IMG/VR virus record: IMGVR_UViG_3300032320_002275
Coordinates: 1 to 12,912 of that record
Origin: a virus
Strand: one strand, 5' to 3'
DNA: 12,912 bases
Positions 6,465-12,369 of this stretch are shown here, in pieces. Positions within the stretch are counted from its first letter, which is position 1; each line of letters starts with the position of its first letter. The notes beneath the pieces are model-generated. The model saw nothing but the letters and a program-made list of their open reading frames with translations. It did not search any database and was not told where the DNA came from. The translations under genes and the position numbers were made by a program.

Positions 6465-6749
6465 TTATAAATTTTTTAAGTGTTGGTTAAGTGAGGATAT
6501 ATCTTTATCAAATTGCTCAATGCTATCATCAATAATATTAATAATTTCATTAGGCAAATGAAATGGTAACATATCATTAGTAATATGCACCATTTTAATT
6601 TCTGCGTCATCAGTTGCAGTAAATAAAATTGAAACATCTCGGTACTGGGTTAATTTAAAAATTTCTACCAGTTTTTCTTTTTTGCGTGCAATTTTTTGGA
6701 TTTCAAGCAATACGGCGTTGGTACTGCTCAACGATTTGAATTGAATCAT
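6465..6749 (-). CDS. Hypothetical protein (94 aa), first gene of the minus-strand block
   Basis: ORF begins 11 nt downstream of a CTGACTATAA motif. No domain recognised. Confidence 0.5.
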   Translation of the reverse strand: MIQFKSLSSTNAVLLEIQKIARKKEKLVEIFKLTQYRDVSILFTATDDAEIKMVHITNDMLPFHLPNEIINIIDDSIEQFDKDISSLNQHLKNL

Positions 6750-6760
6750 TTTTGTAAATT

Positions 6761-6815
6761 TTATAGTCAGTAAAATAGAATAACGATATAAAATAAAGGA
6801 TATTATATCAAACTA
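6761..6815 (-). promoter_or_regulatory. Bipartite upstream element, copy 3: TAGTTTG (6815..6809), 38 nt, then CTGACTATAA (6770..6761), then ATG 6749
   Basis: It shares 13 nt (ATTTTATAGTCAG on the plus strand) with copy 1 and 12 nt with copy 2. Confidence 0.35.
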
Positions 6816-6885
6816 CCAAAATAATTAATATAATATCTATTTTAAAGGTCAAAAGTGTTAAAATATATATGTTTTAGGGGTATTT

Positions 6886-6957
6886 CTGTTTTATTAGATT
6901 TCTTGTTGCGAGCTTATGCTCGGCAAAAGCAAATCTAATAAAAATAAAACAAGAAAA
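6886..6957. promoter_or_regulatory. Cluster of overlapping dyad symmetries in the divergent intergenic region (operator or origin candidate)
   Basis: TTTTATTAGATTT (6889..6901) is the reverse complement of AAATCTAATAAAA (6931..6943). TTTCTTGTT (6899..6907) is the reverse complement of AACAAGAAA (6948..6956). An inner mini-hairpin is CGAGC-TTAT-GCTCG (6909..6922). The two long pairs interleave rather than nest. Confidence 0.5.
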
Positions 6958-7002
6958 AGACATTTACCCGATTTTTTTTTCCACAAGCCTAAAAATTTAA
7001 CA

Positions 7003-7032
7003 TTTTAGGACGTTTTTAGGGCTATTTTAAGG
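7003..7032 (+). repeat. Three TTTTAGG / TTTTAAGG direct repeats at 11-bp phasing (iteron-like)
   Basis: TTTTAGG at 7003..7009 and 7014..7020, and TTTTAAGG at 7025..7032. There is one further direct copy at 6872..6878 and an inverted copy CCTAAAA at 6988..6994. A T9 run lies at 6972..6980. Confidence 0.45.
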
Positions 7033-7103
7033 TTTTGTAAACAAAAACAATAATATTTTGTTATTATAGTTTATTGTCTTAATTTTATGGCAATTAGATT
7101 TTT

Positions 7104-7529
7104 ATGAACAAAAGAAATTGGTGGTTACTTCCAGCAACAATTATTGGTTATTTAGTTTATAAAAAATATGTACTAGCAAAAACTGTGTCAGTTTTTTTTA
7201 AGACAATAGATTTTAGTAGTATGTCATTATTGTACCCAACTATTAACATAGTAGTACAAGTAAATAACCCAACCGATATTACGGCAACAATACAAAATAT
7301 TAAAGGAGATTTATATTTAAACAATACTTATATAGGTAATGTAATAGGAATAACGCCTACTACATTAGTAACTGGTAGTTCTATTTTAAGAATACCAGTA
7401 ACTTTATCTTATACTGGTGTAGCATCTTTAATAAAAGGTCTAAGCACAAAAGGAATTAATTTAAGATTTAACGGAAGTATAATGGTTGATTTAATAGTAT
7501 TGCCTTTAAATTTTGAGTATAATATATGA
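7104..7529 (+). CDS. N-terminally anchored protein with LEA_2 (LEA14 / NDR1-HIN1-like) beta-sandwich-like domain
   Basis: TM segment WWLLPATIIGYLVYKKY, then TINIVVQVNNPTDITATIQNIKGDLYLNNTYIGNV...GSSILRIPVTL. This matches the LEA_2 pattern (l.v.NPN.. i..i.g.l.l.g..ig ... g....v.vpv). First gene of the plus-strand block. Confidence 0.5.
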   Translation: MNKRNWWLLPATIIGYLVYKKYVLAKTVSVFFKTIDFSSMSLLYPTINIVVQVNNPTDITATIQNIKGDLYLNNTYIGNVIGITPTTLVTGSSILRIPVTLSYTGVASLIKGLSTKGINLRFNGSIMVDLIVLPLNFEYNI

Positions 7530-8503
7530 TTAGTAAAAATATGGTGCTACAAAAATTGGCACCTTATACCAATTTTAAAAAAGTATTAATTGAGGACCAA
7601 AATACTGGCGATATTATACAAGGTATTTTAGATAATCACGATAACTATCAAAGTGAATACGACAAGATTAGTGAAATGTTTATCGACGATAATGAAGTAG
7701 AAACGGCAAAAAATGTTTTTGAATTTTTAAAAGATAATGTTCCCTATTATGTTGAGCCTATTGAAAAACAAACTTTAAGAAGTCCTAGTGCTATTATAAG
7801 TATTAAACAAGGTGCCGACTGCAAAAGTTACGCCAGTTTTATTAACGGCATTATGAGTTCACTCAATAGAAAAGGAATATTTAAAGTACCACTAGCGTAT
7901 CGTTTTGCTAGTTATAGATATGATACAAGAGAACCCCAACACGTTTTTGCTGTATTATATCCTGGTACTAAAAATGAGGTATGGGTAGATCCCGTACTAA
8001 ATAAATTCGACCAAAGAAAAGAACCAGTATTTATAAAAGATAAAAAAATAAAAATGGCACTAATAGCTATGTCAGGCACATCAACACAAGGTACGGCAAC
8101 TTTACAAGAGATGCAAAATTACCGAGATAAATTAGTTAGTTTAAAAAACAAATATTTGAATAGTGGTTTTATTACGCCAGGAAGTCAAGAGGAAAACCAA
8201 TATATTATGGCGATTGATAAAGTAACAAAAGCTATTCAATTTGCAAGTATTAGCGGAGTTCCAAATGTTAATGGAATATTTGATAGTCCCGACGAAGGCG
8301 GTATAGATTGGGGTAATATATTTGGAAAACTTATTGATACTGGTGCAAGTTTAATACAAAGAAATAACCAGCCTAGTGGTGGTATGTTTTTTCCTACTAC
8401 GCAATCTACTATGCAACCTATTACAAATCAAGGTATTAATATTAATACATTATTATTAATAGGTGCTGGTGGTTTAGCTTTATATTTAATTCTTAGGAAA
8501 TAA
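7526..8503 (+). CDS. Transglutaminase-like (Cys-His-Asp) peptidase-fold protein with C-terminal TM tail
   Basis: KQGADCKSYASFINGIM (Cys99), PQHVFAVLY (His139) and EVWVDPVLN (Asp155) occur in the order and spacing of the transglutaminase-core triad. C-terminal anchor is LLLIGAGGLALYLILRK. ATGA overlap with the upstream gene. Confidence 0.6.
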   Translation: MISKNMVLQKLAPYTNFKKVLIEDQNTGDIIQGILDNHDNYQSEYDKISEMFIDDNEVETAKNVFEFLKDNVPYYVEPIEKQTLRSPSAIISIKQGADCKSYASFINGIMSSLNRKGIFKVPLAYRFASYRYDTREPQHVFAVLYPGTKNEVWVDPVLNKFDQRKEPVFIKDKKIKMALIAMSGTSTQGTATLQEMQNYRDKLVSLKNKYLNSGFITPGSQEENQYIMAIDKVTKAIQFASISGVPNVNGIFDSPDEGGIDWGNIFGKLIDTGASLIQRNNQPSGGMFFPTTQSTMQPITNQGININTLLLIGAGGLALYLILRK

Positions 8504-8505
8504 TA

Positions 8506-9096
8506 ATGGCATATTATACTAATAATATAGGTTATAAGCAAATGACAGCTATTGGAACCAAATTTATACCAATATATACTGGCGAACCAATATCATCAGT
8601 AATTGCTACTGCTGGTGCTACATTAATAGCGTCTTGGAATGACTGGTTTACACGCCCAGCGTTTGACGCAAATAGATTAATTAATAGTGTTAAACCACAA
8701 TTAGCTAATAGTGATGCAAGGCAAAGATTAGCTTTAGTAATAGCTACTTCTCAAAAAATTAGTCCTAGAGCTAGGGATGTAGGTGCAGAAAAACTTTTTT
8801 TATGGTATAAAAATACATACAACGAAGATTATAAAACATTATCATTAGAAGATAAAGAGTATTATAATAAGTTTTTACAAACTGCAATACAAACGCAAGC
8901 TGACGGAAATAATTTTTGGGCTAATTCTCAAAGAGCAATGTTTACAAATTCAGAATTAAATTATAATGCAAATCCAGTACAAGCAATTACAAATACTGCA
9001 AGCAATATATTTACTAATTTAACAAAAAGTCCAAGTAGTTTAATTTTATATACTGGCATTGGACTAGGTTTATATTTAATATTAAAAAATAAATAA
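8506..9096 (+). CDS. C-tail-anchored membrane protein, unknown function
   Basis: 196-aa ORF. C-terminus LILYTGIGLGLYLILKNK is nearly the same anchor as the preceding protein, and the two share the 12-nt string TTTATATTTAAT. Confidence 0.55.
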   Translation: MAYYTNNIGYKQMTAIGTKFIPIYTGEPISSVIATAGATLIASWNDWFTRPAFDANRLINSVKPQLANSDARQRLALVIATSQKISPRARDVGAEKLFLWYKNTYNEDYKTLSLEDKEYYNKFLQTAIQTQADGNNFWANSQRAMFTNSELNYNANPVQAITNTASNIFTNLTKSPSSLILYTGIGLGLYLILKNK

Positions 9097-9419
9097 TGAA
9101 AAAGGGAAATTTAATTTTTATCGTAGGGGGTTTAGGTTTATTGTATTATTTTTATATGCGTAAAAAAAATCCAATACCAGTTACTAAAACATTAGTACCA
9201 ACTCAAACAAATGTAGAACCATATGTTTACCCAGCTGGTTTATTAGAACTAGACTTTGTTGCAAATGGAGTAGAAACTGCTCAATTATATCAAGGGCAAT
9301 TAAGACCTATGACTGCTGCATATGCTCAAATGTATGCACCAAATCATTGGGCAAATACTAAAATAATACCAGATATTATATATAGAAGCATTCCAAGAGG
9401 TGCAGTATTAGACGTATAA
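9096..9419 (+). CDS. N-terminally anchored membrane protein, unknown function
   Basis: 107-aa ORF with TAATG overlap with the upstream gene. N-terminal TM is LIFIVGGLGLLYYFYMRKKN. Confidence 0.55.
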   Translation: MKKGNLIFIVGGLGLLYYFYMRKKNPIPVTKTLVPTQTNVEPYVYPAGLLELDFVANGVETAQLYQGQLRPMTAAYAQMYAPNHWANTKIIPDIIYRSIPRGAVLDV

Positions 9420-9429
9420 AATTAATAAA

Positions 9430-9966
9430 ATGACACAAGCACAAAAAACTGCAAAAGCAAAATTTAAGCAAGCTATTGCTTATAGACAAAAAACTGGCGT
9501 TTCTTTAAAAGAAGCGTTTGCACATATATACGGAAAAAAGAAAGTAGGTGCAGTTAAGAAAAAGTCGGCACCTAAAAAGAAAGTAGCTAAGAAAAAAGTA
9601 GCTAAAAAAGTTGTTAAGAAAAAATATAGTTTAAATAAAAAGAAAGATAAACTATACTCAGCTAAGAAACCAGGTAAGCGTTTAAGTAAAACTGGTAAAA
9701 CTTATTACGAAAATAGAGAAAATCGTAGCGACAAAGGAAAGTTATTAGGTATTGAAAGTAATTTAAGTATGAGTTTAATTAAAAGACTTGAAGATATTAA
9801 TAAAGAAATAGAAAAAAGGCAAGATGTTATTGCTAATGTAATACAAAATAAAACATATTTTGTAAATAAAAATGGCAAATCTTGGTATCCTAAATTTATG
9901 AAATTAGCAAAAGGTCATATTGCTGAATTGAAAAAACATAAAATAGAAATTAAAAAATTAGTTTAA
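9430..9966 (+). CDS. Highly basic Lys-rich, histone-H1-like protein (putative DNA-condensing core protein)
   Basis: The stretch GKKKVGAVKKKSAPKKKVAKKKVAKKVVKKKYSLNKKKDKLYSAKKPGKRLSKTGK has 26 Lys in 56 residues by my count. It includes KKVAK repeats encoded by 15-nt DNA repeats near 9577..9606. The C-terminal half looks helical. Confidence 0.65.
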   Translation: MTQAQKTAKAKFKQAIAYRQKTGVSLKEAFAHIYGKKKVGAVKKKSAPKKKVAKKKVAKKVVKKKYSLNKKKDKLYSAKKPGKRLSKTGKTYYENRENRSDKGKLLGIESNLSMSLIKRLEDINKEIEKRQDVIANVIQNKTYFVNKNGKSWYPKFMKLAKGHIAELKKHKIEIKKLV

Positions 9967-10006
9967 TAAAAATTTTCTCATAAACAATAATTAAAAATCA
10001 AACAAA

Positions 10007-10438
10007 ATGGCAAGAAGAAAAAGAGCAACTAAAAAAAGTAGCTACCGCAGACGCAGAATGTCAGGCGTAGGTGCTATGGGTAGTCAAATTACTGGTGCAT
10101 TATATACAATCGCTGGTGCCGTTGCTGCTGGGGCAGTAACAAAATTTTTACCCGCAACTATGAACGAAAAGCTAAAAGCAGCAGTTCCAGTAGTAGTAGG
10201 TATTATGTTACCTAAATATTTAAAAGGTAATGTCGGACAAGGTATCGGTGCTGGTATGGTAGCAACTGGTGGACTTAAATTAGTACAATCATTCGGCATT
10301 CTTAACGGAATCGGTGCTTATGGTGGTTATGCTGGTTATCAAGTACCGCAAGTAGCTGGTAATTATAACAACGCTGGTTTAATGGATACTAGCTATATGA
10401 CGCCGTCAATCGCTGGTATGGATGAGGGGAATTGTTAA
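10007..10438 (+). CDS. Membrane protein with Arg/Lys-rich N-terminal arm and Gly/Ala-rich TM segments
   Basis: MARRKRATKKSSYRRRRM has 10 basic residues out of 18. It is followed by GSQITGALYTIAGAVAAGAV, AAVPVVVGIMLP and GIGAGMVATGGL. Confidence 0.6.
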   Translation: MARRKRATKKSSYRRRRMSGVGAMGSQITGALYTIAGAVAAGAVTKFLPATMNEKLKAAVPVVVGIMLPKYLKGNVGQGIGAGMVATGGLKLVQSFGILNGIGAYGGYAGYQVPQVAGNYNNAGLMDTSYMTPSIAGMDEGNC

Positions 10439-10495
10439 TCTAACACTATTCACCTTTAAATAAAAATTTAATAAAAAAATAAAAATTAAAAAACA

Positions 10496-11155
10496 ATGGC
10501 AACTCAAATGGGACAAAGAATGGTCTTTGAAAATGCAAAAGCATTAGTAAGAGGTCTAGGTTATAGCGTAGATCAAGCAGTTCTAACGCAATCTTATTTA
10601 CGCAGTGAGGTAGCTTTAAGCACTTCTATTGCAAACTATCATTTACCAGTATTGGTTAATGATACCCAAAATGGTGCGGTTCGTGTAAACGAAAAGCGTC
10701 TAAATTTACAAGATATATTTGTGGCAAGTGAAATTTCAGTATTAATTGGAGTAGGTTCTGCAACAAGTACAAAAGCACCATTATATACTTACCCTAATGG
10801 TGTTATATTTACAAGTGCAACAGATGATGATTTATTGTCAATTTACAATGGCTCATTGAATTTAACAATTAACAATCAACAAGTATTACCAGCTTGGGAC
10901 GTATATCGTCATTACTACGTGCCACAAACACAAGGTGGTGTTGGTATTACTGCACAAACTATTTTCCCAGTAGATCAAAACGATGGTAGCGAAAATGGAT
11001 TTTATCCAGTAGAGCCAGGAATCGTATTTAATGGTGCTGCTAACATCAATTTCCAATTAACGGCAAATGGTGCACCAGCAACAATTTTAGCTAATAGTTT
11101 TATCTGCGTAATTCAAAGAGGTATCTTGTTACAAAACGTAACAACTGTTAAATAA
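10496..11155 (+). CDS. Candidate major capsid protein (beta-rich, 219 aa); fold not verified
   Basis: It has the longest A-rich leader in the plus block and is followed by a structured GC-rich terminator-like element. Composition is Asn/Gln/Thr/Val/Gly-rich with no TM and beta-strand-like periodicity. Assigned by context and composition only. Confidence 0.4.
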   Translation: MATQMGQRMVFENAKALVRGLGYSVDQAVLTQSYLRSEVALSTSIANYHLPVLVNDTQNGAVRVNEKRLNLQDIFVASEISVLIGVGSATSTKAPLYTYPNGVIFTSATDDDLLSIYNGSLNLTINNQQVLPAWDVYRHYYVPQTQGGVGITAQTIFPVDQNDGSENGFYPVEPGIVFNGAANINFQLTANGAPATILANSFICVIQRGILLQNVTTVK

Positions 11156-11165
11156 AAATATGCTT

Positions 11166-11216
11166 TGGCGAAGCTAAACGCTACTGCCAGCGGTCAGTAA
11201 CTACCGCTATTTTTTA
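11166..11216 (+). terminator. Tandem hairpins plus T-run after the candidate capsid gene (attenuator or terminator)
   Basis: Imperfect hairpin TGGCGAAGC...GCTACTGCCA (11166..11189). Then AGCGGT (11189..11194) pairs with ACCGCT (11203..11208), followed by ATTTTTT. The segment is locally GC-rich in an AT-rich genome. Confidence 0.45.
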
Positions 11217-11235
11217 AATTATTAAAAAAAAAGAT

Positions 11236-11643
11236 ATGCGTATTAAAAGATACCAAGCCGTAGAAATCAATGTACCAAGTGGAAGTACTTTAACTTTCTT
11301 TTTGTTCACTGACCAACCACAGCTAAGAAATGCTAAAATACAAGGTATTCAAGTATATACGCCTACTGCAATTACAAAAACGCCTTTAAGCGGTGCTACG
11401 CCAGTAACACTAGCAGATTTAAAGCAATCGTTTTTAACATTGTATCAAGGCGACTTACAAATTATATATAGACTACCATTGTTAGCGTTTAACAATATAC
11501 AAGATTTAACAAGTCCACACGTTTGGGAATTACCTGAAATGAACGATATTGATATAAGCTGGACTAAAAGTAGTGTTACAACGGCAGCTGCATTAGGCAC
11601 TACTGGTGTAACTTATAGTTTCGGAATTTATTATTATTTATAA
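11236..11643 (+). CDS. Second small beta-rich structural protein candidate (135 aa), possible minor or second capsid protein
   Basis: STLTFFLFTDQPQLRNAKIQGIQVYTP ... LQIIYRLPLLAF ... GVTYSFGIYYYL has beta-strand-rich character and no TM. It is adjacent to the 219-aa candidate. Confidence 0.35.
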   Translation: MRIKRYQAVEINVPSGSTLTFFLFTDQPQLRNAKIQGIQVYTPTAITKTPLSGATPVTLADLKQSFLTLYQGDLQIIYRLPLLAFNNIQDLTSPHVWELPEMNDIDISWTKSSVTTAAALGTTGVTYSFGIYYYL

Positions 11644-11655
11644 TATAGTTTTATT

Positions 11656-12369
11656 ATGGCAGTTCAAAAAGCAATGACTACTGGAACTAACGGAGTTATG
11701 GACTGGTTTGACAGAAATGCAACCAGTCCGTACTACTCGGTTTGTGAGATAATTAGTCCTACAAAAAAAGAGTTACTATTTTCTTGTAATGAGGATAGTG
11801 TAGATAATGCAAGGCGAATTTTAGAAGAAAATATATCTGCGTTTGAACAAAACGGAGTTAATACCTTATATGCTTTAATCTTGCACCCTAAAAAAGACAA
11901 GACGGGATATATTACTATGAATACGCCAAGCCACGCAATGTTAAAATTTCGACCAGCAGAACTAGAGGCACCAATCTACGGAGTAGGTGCATATACTGGT
12001 GGGGGTGGTAGCAATCGTTATGAAATGGAAAAAATAATGGAAAAGCTAAATTTATTGGAAAGTAAGTTAGCAGAAGCAGACTTAGAGGAATACGAAGAAA
12101 CGCCACAAAACCCAATAAACGCTATGCTTAGTAATATGGCTGCAAATCCACAAGTACAAGAGGCATTAATTAGCGGTTTAATTGGCGTAGTAGGTGGTTT
12201 TTTAAATAATGGCAAACAAATGCAAGGTGTAGCTGGAATAGGACAAGTTAATGAAGAAGCTATTTTAATATTGGATAGCTTAATAAAAAAAGGAGTTAGT
12301 TTAGAACATTTAAGAAAATTAGATGCTATGACTAATACCAAATTACAAAGTTTATTAATAATGTTATAA
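11656..12369 (+). CDS. Hypothetical protein with central acidic coiled-coil-like segment (scaffold or assembly candidate)
   Basis: 237-aa ORF containing YEMEKIMEKLNLLESKLAEADLEEYEE and a Gly-rich hydrophobic patch LISGLIGVVGGFL. No enzymatic motif recognised. Confidence 0.45.
   Translation: MAVQKAMTTGTNGVMDWFDRNATSPYYSVCEIISPTKKELLFSCNEDSVDNARRILEENISAFEQNGVNTLYALILHPKKDKTGYITMNTPSHAMLKFRPAELEAPIYGVGAYTGGGGSNRYEMEKIMEKLNLLESKLAEADLEEYEETPQNPINAMLSNMAANPQVQEALISGLIGVVGGFLNNGKQMQGVAGIGQVNEEAILILDSLIKKGVSLEHLRKLDAMTNTKLQSLLIML

Noticed and set aside
7034-7073. Explicit promoter call for the plus-strand operon (TTTG 7034..7037, TATTTTG 7054..7060, TAGTTTA 7067..7073)
   Set aside because: These elements only approximate the Bacteroidota -33 TTTG / -7 TAnnTTTG consensus (each is one base short or mismatched), and several alternatives exist. 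A promoter must lie here, but I cannot position it from sequence alone.
9577-9606. Tandem 15-nt repeats AAGAAAGTAGCTAAG / AAAAAAGTAGCTAAA
   Set aside because: They are the coding repeat for the KKVAK motif of the Lys-rich protein, not a non-coding tandem array or CRISPR-like structure.
10084-10299. 71-aa minus-strand ORF antisense to the Arg-arm membrane protein gene
   Set aside because: It is the mirror image of a Gly/Ala-rich coding frame (GCN/GGN codons read as Pro/Ala on the other strand). It has no independent support.
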